DNA from: Macrostomum lignano
Lineage: Eukaryota
NCBI GenBank assembly: GCA_002269645.1
Contig: NIVC01002745.1
Coordinates: 1-36,364 of the forward strand
DNA: 36,364 nucleotides
Reading direction: 5' to 3'
Shown here: in pieces, positions 11,260 through 22,300 of the stretch
Layout: the number at the start of each line of letters is the position of its first letter
Numbering within the stretch: the first letter of the stretch is position 1
Position numbers and translations under genes: made by a program
The notes under the pieces: generated by a model
Told to the model about the DNA's origin: nothing
What the model saw: only the letters and a program-made list of their open reading frames with translations
Database searches by the model: none

Positions 11260-11815
11260 ATACGTCAGCAGCCTGTCTCTGGAACTGCGCCAGGTCAAAT
11301 CAAACGGCTGCTATTATTTCGCCGCCGATTCGTCCTATCCAGACGACAAGTTAAGCGATAGCGACGGCGATGACGACGACGATGACGGTGTCAGCCTGGC
11401 CAGCTCGGAGCCCATCGACCGGCTTTGGCCGGCGGCCGCAAAACTCGCCGCCGACATGTCGATGTCGCCAGACGAGGTCGACGGAGCGCCGGCGGACCTG
11501 TTGGCGGCGCAACTGCTCGAACGTTTAGCTGACAACGATCTGTCCGGAGCGATTCGTCACTGCCGACTGCTGCTCACCTTCCAGCCGCATAGCGGAGAGG
11601 CTCGCGAGCTGCTGGCCACCCTGTCGGAGCGCGACCAGCAGCAGCGAGACGATCTGCTCGAGTCGAACTCGGAATCGACGGACACCGAATCGGAGACCTA
11701 CTTCAGATACTTTCACCACGATCAGCACGGTCGGAATGAGGACGAGGCGGAGAGTAGGCGGACTTCGTCTGACGCGTCGGATCACTTTCTAGATGCTTCG
11801 TCGTCCTCTGACTGA
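11260..11815 (+). CDS. ERICH2: Terminal exon encoding an acidic protein with a glutamate-rich protein 2 (ERICH2)-like domain
   Basis: Acceptor CCGCTCTCCAG|A (phase 2). APADLLAAQLLERLADNDLSGAIRHCRLLLTFQPHSGEARELLATLSER resembles the ERICH2 core as I recall it (AP.EL...FL....DY..A...C..IL.YEP.N.EA.EF...I.E), flanked by acidic tracts. Stop TGA at 11815. Confidence 0.6.
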
Positions 11816-13216
11816 CGCTTTTCTATAGCTTAGCTTAACCCTGAAAATTATAAATCCACAGAAGACTATATTAACCTGACCTTGGCTATGAACTCCTAAA
11901 CACATTTGTTTACATTTGAATTGTTAGATTGTTATATATAGTCAGATGCTTTGACTAAACTCGCATATCTTTCGAAAACAAATTTACCGGATTCTAAACA
12001 TATAAAACTACATGTATGCATACAGCCAGTTTAGCAAACCTCGATGCTTTTCTAGCTGTCCGTTTAGTAGTTAAAAATACATTCGATCATTTTATTCAAT
12101 TATAAATACGAGCGCTCATTTACAGAGCAGATATATTCGATCTTATTAAAAATATAGCTACATGATAGAGTAATGTGTGTTGTTTTAAGCTTTCCATGGT
12201 CTTTTGAATTAAATAATAAATGGCAAGCAAGGAAGTCCTTGGTGGTAAGTTTGCAAGAACCAATAACTTATACAGCCACTACATGTAGATTAAAGTCAAC
12301 TTGTGATTCCTACATGTATACAAACCGCGCATTAAAAATCGAACTCCATATAGTTAATGTAAAGCTTAATATGTACATGCAGCAAATAAGTGGAGGTGTG
12401 GCATAGGTAAATTTATTTATGTATGTATCGATGCGTGTGCGTACATAATATTTTTGAACACTGCATTTATTATTGCATATATATATGTAAAGTTACAGTA
12501 CATGTTTGCATTTTAACTAAACAACTTTTTTAACTTAAAACTTTTTTAGGTTTAGGAGTCCTAACTCCTAAAAGCCTTTAATTATTTATTTGGATTGTAT
12601 GGCGAACAATTCTGCTTCGACATGAATGTATCTCGGCCCAGCAAACACATGCAATTGCAAAGATTATCAACAAATATCACATGAGCATTCACATTTATCC
12701 AAGCAACTACCGGTAGAAGTAGCACTTTGTGGAAGAAAAAAAAATATCAAATCAACAAATATAAAATTTTATGCTTTCCGTTCCTGTATGAAAGATAGTT
12801 TTCTAATTTTAAGTTACTTGATAGGCTTCTTGAACTGAACAGTCCATCGAAGACCCGCATTAAAATTTCAATATGCAACGCTGGAATGGCGTAACCTCAG
12901 ATTATTAATTCTTAAAATTAATTCATATATTGAACAGACGGCCTATTTTAACTGATAAGTGAAAATAGTGTGTTTTAATTTTTTTTATAGAATAACTAGA
13001 ACTACTATTTGTTATAAGTTACATGACAGGAGAGATTTTATTCGATTCTATGAAACTATCGTTCAACATGTGGCGGGCAGATCCCTCTTACTGAATTCGT
13101 ATACGTCATCATCTGCATCAGTTTTTTAGATTAAAATTCGAAATTGATTAGCATTAAGTATTAAATAATAAGTGCAATTGAAATATCACGCTCTAATTCT
13201 TAGTAAATTTTAGAGA

Positions 13217-13306
13217 ATGTCCGAAAAAGTCGAAAAAACGGAGAAGCAAGAGAATGCGAAAGCGAATGGAAAAGCTAATGAAAAAGAAGCAAAGGAAGCA
13301 GAGCTG
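13217..13306 (+). CDS. PSMD2: PSMD2 exon 1 (MSEKVEK...KEAEL)
   Basis: ATG at 13217, a K/E-rich N-terminus, and donor CTG|GTGAGT in phase 0, joining LSEED. Confidence 0.8.
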
Positions 13307-16300
13307 GTGAGTTAATATGGAGTTAAGGTGTCCCCATTTCATTTTCTGGACTCCATAGGGCCCAGAGTTGGGGTTCCTTTTTCAGAATTTACCTCTATTA
13401 TTTATGGCCTATGCTATTGATAGTATAAAATAAGGTCTATCATTTATCTACAGTGTGTCATTTTTACTTTTATCTCCATCATCTCTATACAACCTATCAA
13501 ATTTACTTTGGTTGTATGGCATTCTTTCATTGTGCGATTGCCTACAATTGTCCATATGAAGGTTTGAGGCTTTTGTTATATGAGGCCTAATAAAAATGAC
13601 TGACAATCTTTATAGTCATTTATAGAATGACAGAAAGTGTACATTAGATTTGGCTAATATCTTTACAAATGTAGCCTATATGTTCAATTTAATATTATTA
13701 TTTCAATGCTGCAGGCTCATTCCATATAAGCATGGTCGTAACATGACAGGTTATTTTTACTTATAAAATGAAATCTAATAATAGAATATACTAAACCAAT
13801 ATTTTAAATGAAAGATTATTTTGTCTAGAATATATTTATAGAGTTTCATATAGATATCATCATTAGTATAGATGCTATTAAACCTTAAATGACACTTATG
13901 GTCGTAACGACAGGATTTTTGACATATAGAAACTAAAAGGTAAAAGTCTTATAACATTTTTCATTTTTGATATTTTGCAATACATTTTTAAAATTTGACT
14001 AAGAACATCTTTAGAAATCATACTCTTTTATTAAATATATAAACTCAAAAGGCAACAAAGATACAAAAGAAAAGGCAGCCTTATGGTTGTAACATTATGG
14101 TCGTAACATATTTTTTTCTGTCAATTCAGTAACTTTGAGGTACTAATACATTAAAAATATAATAGATTATTTGGTCAATAATGCTTTTATCTGATGATGC
14201 AAGTACTATACTTTTATCTATAGTTTGTTTCAACCTTCAAAAGCTTTCTATTTGTTTTTAAAAGGTACAAAATCTTAATGATGTCTTTTGCTTCGAAAAA
14301 TGTCCAATTTTTTACAAAAATGACTTTTTGCCAATTGATAACATACTAATCCAACATTTTACCATTCCTTTATTCTTAGATTGTATATATTGCACAATAT
14401 AAACATTTGGTAAAAAAATAGGCTAATTAGGCAATGGCAAGCAAAAATATTGACTTTTTTCTATTTTCCAAATATGTCCATCTTATATGGAATGAGCCTG
14501 CAGTCAAGATGCATGGAAATTTGGCAACAATTCAAGCAAATTCAGTGACAAGTCTTTTTAAATCTCTATTTATTAGTCACAACCAAGGCTTTAGATATAG
14601 CCATCTGCTATTAGACAAACCTATATCCCATAGTCAGGATCATGCTATGTGTGAGCCGGAAACCACCTGAATTTTTTTAGGTGTGCACCAGGTATGCCAG
14701 GCAAAATGCACAAGTGCACTAGGTGTGCCAGTCCTAAATCCCAATCCTAATTTAAAAAATGCTTGATATATACAAAAAACACAATATATTGTAAGTTGTA
14801 ATAAAATGAAATCTAGTAATAGAATATACTAAACCAATATTTTGAATAAAGGATTATTTTGTTAAGAATATATTTATATAGTTTCATATAGATATCATCA
14901 TTAGTATAAATGCTATTAAACCTTGAATGGCACTTATGGTTGTAACAACAGATTTTTGACACAGAAACTAAAAGATAAAAGTCTTATAGCATTTTTCATT
15001 TTTGATATTTTGCAATACATTTTTTAAATTTGACTAAGAACAACTTTAGAAATCATATTCTTTTATTAGAATATATAAACTCACAAAGGCAACAAAGATA
15101 CAAAAGAAAAGGCAGCCTTATGGTCGTAACATTTTTTCTGTCAATTCAGTAACTTTGAGGTATCAATATATTAAAAATATAATAGATTATATAGTCGCTA
15201 ATGTTTTTATCTGATTATGAAAGTATGATGTAACCGCCCTTGTCGCCTGTCCGCTCCGTAGAGAGACGAACGCATGACTAGAGGGGGCAATGACCGTAGG
15301 CTGCCTATGACCGGGCAATGACCTGACGGACCTCCAGCACCAGACTGTCCCGCCCACATGATTAGTAGCTTTGGTAGCGCTTCGTGACCAGAGGGCCAAG
15401 GACCCACATGGACCCCACCTGTAGCCAAGGTGCAATAGTTGGTCACTCGTCATAGTATGACCGAGTGGCTGCCACCACTCTATGTGACCTGGCGCACCTG
15501 GATCTTTCTACCAGACCTCTCGAGGCTAGAGCCCCGCCTGGATTGGTTACCAGGGGATTTAGGCTAACAGGGGAGACGCATGCAGCCGAGTACAGGGACT
15601 CTGCTTGGGGCATGATCGGGAACTCTGGGCTCAATCCTGGAGGATTTCTCAGCAGGGGATCCTTTGTGGCTGTGAGCGAGGCTGACTTGCGACTTTGATT
15701 ACTAAGAGTAGTATGAGGCGAACATGTACTGTCTACAGTTTAGATTGCTCAGGGCGAAGGGACGCGTCAGCATGGGGTTGCAACCTTCCTACTGCCATTC
15801 TGTGCCAAGACTCGCTAATTACCCTCCACTGCACGCACACGCGGCCCCGCAGCACGCACTCACAGGCGGGCTTTGCACGGGGAGAGGCCATTAGCTTACC
15901 CAAACTTCCTTATGCTTTGCCACCCCGGGAGAAAGGCTTAGCAAGCCATGAGTTAAATGATAGTGAAAGATTGAATAATGATGAAGTTAGTTAGTAGTTA
16001 GTAATTAGGCCTTTAGGCGAATAATTAGGCAATTAGGCGGCTTCACTATTGAGTAAAATACAGCAAAAAGTTACGGTATCACAATTGGCTCAGCTCTCTA
16101 ATCAGACAATGGGAAATAGGCAAACCCCGGATAAGCAAAGGCAATTAGAGCACAAATTAGTAGTAGGAACTTACCGGCAGCTGCACAGAGAGAGAGAGAG
16201 GCGGAGTGACCGAGGGCGGCTGTAGGCTGCAGTCAGGCAGACGGTGAAGCGGCGATGCGCTGGAGCGACGAGGCGCTGATGTAGATCAGGCGATGCTGAT

Positions 16301-19300
16301 GATGCGGGGCGGTATCAGACCGCTGGCCGATAGGCGAGCTCACTTGGGGAGCTAAGGATAACTTGGCGGTAACAGACCGCGGGCCGGCAGGGATTCGTCT
16401 TATAGACGAATGGGTCAGAACTCAATCTGACAGCAAGTCCAAAGAAGGACGAGGAGAGGAACAGAGATAAACTCAGTTGAGTATTCTCATGCCGAAATCG
16501 CTTCCTTTTATAGACCTCACAGCCGCCTCCTCAAGGTCGTTACCATGGCTCCCTCTCTCTGATTGGCTGCCGGCAGAATGACGTCAGAATGAGTCATGAT
16601 GAGAAGCATGAGACCGGCATAGCAACATGAGAAATCGGGAAATTGCGCAATCCGGAGGTGGGGTGGGGGATAATTGGCGCAGCGGGTGGTCGCGAAAGTG
16701 TTGCGCAAGCAAACATTGAGAACAATAGGGCTGGGGTCGAGAACAAAGGAATTGGAAATCGGGGATAATTGGGGAAAACTGAGAACAATGGAAAAGTAAA
16801 CATTGGAGAAAAGGTGATAATTAGGTGCGAAAACGAGAACAAAAGAAAGAGAAAACCGGAGAAAATGTGATAATTGGTGGGGGTCGAGAGAACAAAAGAA
16901 GCAAAAACGAGAACAATAGAAGCGGAGGTGGGGTGGGTGTCACATGAGAAATTTGGGAAGGAGAACAATAGCGTGAGAAAAGGTTGCGCAAGAGAGGGGG
17001 ATGAGTCATCGATGAGTCACCGAGGGGGAGAAGGGGTCACACGACTTGCGTCACCGTTTGGGAGTTTGAGAGGGGATGGGGAGACGGTGAGCACACAAAG
17101 TACTGTAAGTAGACACAGGGAAAGAGGGGACAGCGCAGGAAAAGAGTGCAGAGGGAGACAAAAAAAGGAGGAGGTAGAGAAAGTACAGGAAGAATAGGGC
17201 GGGAACAGAAGAGATAGGGTAGAGGGGGAGGTACAGAAAGGGGTAGGGGCTCCGGAAAGGCAGGTGTGGCGGCAGGAGAGACAGGACCAAGGCAGCAGGA
17301 GGGGTGCAGCAGAGCGGGAGTCTCCAGGCCCGGGCGGAGACCTGGCCGAGTCTCGACAGCTCTATGCAGAGGGTGCACGGGATAGGAGGCACTTTCGAAA
17401 AAGTTCCCATGCCCTATCCCGCGACCAGAGCGTGGTTACATCAAGTACTATAATTTTATCTATAGTTTGTTGCAACCTCCCAAAGCTTTCTATTTGTTTT
17501 TAAAAGGTACACAAAGTTAATGATGTCTTTTGCTTAGAAAAATGTCCAAATTTTTCCAAAAATGAGTTTTTGCCAATTGATAATATACTAATCCAACATT
17601 TTACCATTAATATATTCTTAGATTGTATATATTACACACTTACAACATTTGGCAAAAAATTGGCTGATAAGGCAATGGTCAGCAAAAATATTGACTTTTT
17701 CTATTTTCCAAATATGTCCATCTTATCTGGAATGAGCCTAAAGATTATAAATTGAAGATTTGAAGATTTTTGTTTTTAATTGTAAAAATAAAGAATAAAA
17801 AGGAGAAATAAAACACGATTCAGAGAATATTTTAAATGAAGCAATAGTTGTCAATTGTCATAACAATATATTTGCAAAATCATTGTTAAACTTTGTGCAA
17901 AATTTCACGTTTCACATACTTTACATTTGAGGTGTGGTGGAGAAAGTTTTCTTGGAAATTGGTAGTTTGAAATTAGTTGCTGACACCACAGAGGTAGGGT
18001 AGATTTCACATTTGAGTTGCCGCCTGCATTGTCTTGGCATTTGTAAAGCTGGAAAAATTTCACAAATAGATATGTTTAACTTCTCCTTAATACTCCGTCT
18101 GCTGGGTCCTTAATTCTGGGGGAGGGTAGTCGTGATTTGGGGTTGAGCAGTCTTTCAGTGGCATGGTTATTCAAATGGTTCCTTAGACACTGAAAAATTC
18201 ATAGTTTGTCAGTATGCTTGGTTTGTTACTGTCAGTAGTAAAGTAGCGCTGCCACCACTGTAATTTTGTATTACGGAACGTTAAGGATCTCAGAGCTTTC
18301 TTTGAGTTGAGACTAATTAGTTGTTTTATGCCTGCGGGCAAATAACTCAATAGAGACTAAAAGCTTTGATTAGGAACAAATGAATAATTAATTGTCGTTA
18401 TGTATTATTATTAGTTTCATGGTTATTAGGTTACTAGCAAGTTGGATAGATATTAACTACAATGCAATTCTAAATGATTATTATTATTTGGCTAATGCAA
18501 TGAGCAAGACAATTTGGCCATGCCAAGAGTGATTAAAAAATTGACAAAGGTTAAACGCTAGATCAAAATAAAGTTGAAACAGAGTTAGAAACAGATGAAA
18601 ACAAGTCAAACAGGGTTAGCAAAAATTGATTTCAAGCAACATTTAAATAGTAGTGGGCACAAATAGACCCAGTGGGTGGGACAATGAATAGGACAAGGGA
18701 GGGGGCACCCAAAGAAAAAAGGGAGAACCTGGCCAGTGGAAGCAGTAAAACAACTGAAAGCAAGAGAAGGAACAGCAGAAAGAGCAAACAGGGAAGCAAA
18801 GGATAGGATAAATGGGGAAACAGACAAGGGAATATATATTGGAAATAAATGATGTCAACCGCCAGTCATTTGCAAAACAATAGTCTGCCTGGTCTGCACT
18901 AAAGATCTGCCGTCATCTTCCCCAGTGGTAGACTGGCTTACCATACATTCTTTGATTTTGTCTTTCGCAGTGGCTGTGGCACAGCCTCCTCCAGTGTATG
19001 CCATACATGTGCGCCAAGCAGGGTGTGCCAATTGTACATATGCCAAGGTGTATGCCAGAAGACTGTTTCAAAACTTTTGTGCGCCAAGTGTACGCCAGCT
19101 ATCCCAAATGTGCGCCAGAAATTTCTAGTGTACATGACATGATCTTGAGTGTGGCCTATATCTCCTTTGTTAATAGTAACAGTATATAACTTCAGCTTGA
19201 ATACAAGGTGTATATCATCAGCTAACCATACTATAAAAGTGTACATTTGAACAAAAGTACTATCATTGATAGTATTGCTATACATGTAAATTTAGATTTC

Positions 19301-22300
19301 TATAACAAAAAAGTACCTCAAGACTCCAGCCATTTAACTCTTACATGACTTTTAATAAAAAATTATATCAGAGGTATCATATATCTTTGAGAATGAATAA
19401 ACAGTTCTTAGAAAGCATATTTAAATTAAAGTTTAGGATAGGGAGGCCTAAATCATGGATGAAACAAACTCAATTGAAAAATTTATATGTAATATATATA
19501 CAATTGTACCAAAATTAATAAGATTATATAGAAATATTTTGTTGTCAAATTTGACTATATTGTTGCCAAAATTGCTTTTGCCAAATTTGTCCATGGTAAA
19601 TCTCAGTCATAGAATTTGTTTTTTTACTAAATTGGTTAGCACCCAAATCATATATAGGTAATCGTAGGACCTACATATGTAGTCAGTATACATAGAGACA
19701 GTATACATATGTTCATATAAAAATCATAGTTTGAAACACTTTGTATATACTCCAGAAAAAATGACCAATTTTTTTGGTATATGCCAATAAATGCCAAATG
19801 TTTTGATGGTTCATTCAATAAATTGAGTCTTCGCAGTAAGCGACTATTTTTCGGCTACTAGCCAACCGAACAAAACAACCAGCGTGCGCACTCTCTCTGG
19901 AGAGGCTGATAACTATATATTGCAATAATTTTAAATAAATGGGGTGGGTGCTGCTGAACATTATAAATGGGGGCTGGGGCTGAAACGTACGTATCAAAAT
20001 CTCTGCTATGAAAGTTACGCGTAGGTGAATGAAAAGTACACTCGTACATGTAAGCGAACTCCTAAACACCAAATACATTACTTTATGCAAAGCTTCCAAT
20101 CATCAATTTTGAAATGTTATTACTAGACTAGCAATTTTGAAATTTAATTTCAATTAAATATAATTTAAAACTAAAAAATCAATTAGATTTTATAATGTTT
20201 TATATATATAAAATACAAAAAACAAAATTTGTAAATTTTTTGTTAAAATTTTAACTTGTTACCTTGTAGAAACACAGAAAGAAAACATAATCAAAAATGT
20301 AATTATGATATCTTTTGATGAACTATATTACCTATGTCATTTATTTTCAATGGAGATTGACAAAACAAACAAAATTGAGATTATAGAACAAAAAAATGCT
20401 AGGTATATAAATCTTAAGTTTTAACAAAAATATGATTTAGTCTAAGGCCTTGTAGTAGTCTAGCCATAATCTTGCTTTTTGTTTTCTTTCTACGCATTTT
20501 GTATTGTTACTTTGCTTTTATTTTGCTATTTTGAATGCTTTTACACACATATAACACACATTAATATAATATGCATGTTTTAAAAAGTATGTTTTAAATT
20601 TTTTTCGAAAAAGTATACAAAAAATTATTAGCAATTCATTTTTTAAATTAGATAAAGCTATATGTACAAGGAGTGTCTGGAAAGTAGTGTTATTTTTACC
20701 TGTTGCAATGTTTAGTAAGTTACATTGAAATAATTTTGATGTTGCACATAAGTGCACTTAACTCTTGAAATATAAATCCAAATCAATGGCAATTTAAGTC
20801 ATTTAGCAATAAAGAGAAGACTTGAAACTTTCGAATGACACCAAATATTTATTTTAATGCAACTTACCAAATGTTTGCAACAAATAAAAGTAACACTATT
20901 TTCTGGACACCTGTCATGTATGTTAACTTTATAACTTTTTAGAAAGCCATATCTAGAAAGCTATATTATATTCAGGAACAAGTTTATATCTTTTTCAAAA
21001 CCTTTCCTAGTAAATAACTTAAAGAAGGCCTGAAATTTTCTTTTTATCAAAGCTTCTACAATAGCAATAGCATACTCTAGTTCAGATAATTGAATGTATA
21101 AATTAGCAAATTGTAAAAATTTGGTTTCCTTAATAGTTTCCCATTATTTAATAAATAAATTTTCTAGGTCAGTACTTCTAATCTAAATAAATAGTAAATC
21201 AAAGCTATGGGAGACTTTTTATTAGTTAACCAAATTGCTTTTTTGTTATATTTAATACATAAAGTATACATTAAATTAATTCCTTTTGTCTTTTAGTCCG
21301 AAGAAGATGCCCAGCTAAAAGACGAGCTCAACATGCTAGTTGAGCGGCTTCAGGTGAGATGGCTGAATTAACTTTTGTCTCTCAAGCAGCAGTAAGGCAG
21401 TTCTGAGCACTCGTACACACGCTCACACGGGTGTACAGCCAGTGTCCCTGACTTCTAATCGTCAGGCATGTATACTCTGTGTGCCTTGGGGGTTGGCCAC
21501 CATGTGTGTGATTCGCACTACAACTCGCGGCTAAATGAATTTCGCCGCGAACAGACTCGAACCAGACGTTATGAAGGTGGGAAGTTCCCCTTACTTGAAA
21601 TCCCAATAAATCAATTAAAATCAATTGCCCAACAGGAGTCGGACTCCAACCTGTACAAGCCAGCTCTGGAGAGTCTGCGGAATTTAATCCGCTCATCAAC
21701 AACTTCAATGATTTCGGCTCCTAAACCGTTGAAATTTCTTCGGCCGCATTACGAATCGTTGCGCAACGAAGTGTACGTAAAAATTCCCGACGGCCCTACT
21801 AAGCGACTGTGCGCCGACATTGTCTCCGTGCTGGCCATGACCGCCGTGGATAAGCCGGAGTTCCGCACCGATTCGCTGCGCTATCGATTCTTAGGCAGCG
21901 GCGAAGATATCGGCGCCTGGGGCCACGAGTACGTCCGGCATCTCACTGGCCAGTGCGTGCTGGAATGGGAGGCCATGGCCGAGGCTGAACAACAGCAGAT
22001 GCTTCGACAGCGTCGCCTGGAGCGTCGCCAGCAGCGACAACAGTCCGGTGCTGACAGCAAGAAAGACAACGACGACAACGACGAAGACAATGACGAAAGC
22101 GGCGACGAGGACGGCGAAGAACCCATGGAGGAGGACGGGCCAGCTGCCGGCGGAGTTCGGATTACTCGCGACCAACTGTTGTCACTGTGCGAGCTTATCA
22201 TACCTTATCATATGAGCCACAATGCCGAGTCTGAGGCCATCGATTTGTGCGTTGAAACTGGCCAATTGGCTATGCTTGAAAGCATACTGGCCAGGTGAGA

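Larger units (their letters stand above)
14801..17738. mobile_element. Second, left-truncated copy of the same TIR element, split by a 2.2-kb insertion
   Basis: 14801-15225 aligns by eye with 13763-14207, and 17444-17738 aligns with 14203-14498, including the right TIR. The left TIR is absent. Confidence 0.8.

Noticed and set aside
13021-13045. CAGGAGAGATTTTATTCG-like motif also found near 33217
   Set aside because: Only ~18 nt in two copies with no consistent position relative to genes, so it may be chance.
13324-13340. TTAAGGTGTCCCC as a possible Kolobok/piggyBac-type terminus spanning PSMD2 intron 1
   Set aside because: I found no matching inverted end in the intron.
21468-21635. N-terminal part of the 276-aa ORF (MYTLCALG...)
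   Set aside because: It lies in PSMD2 intron 2. Homology starts at the acceptor 21635/21636.
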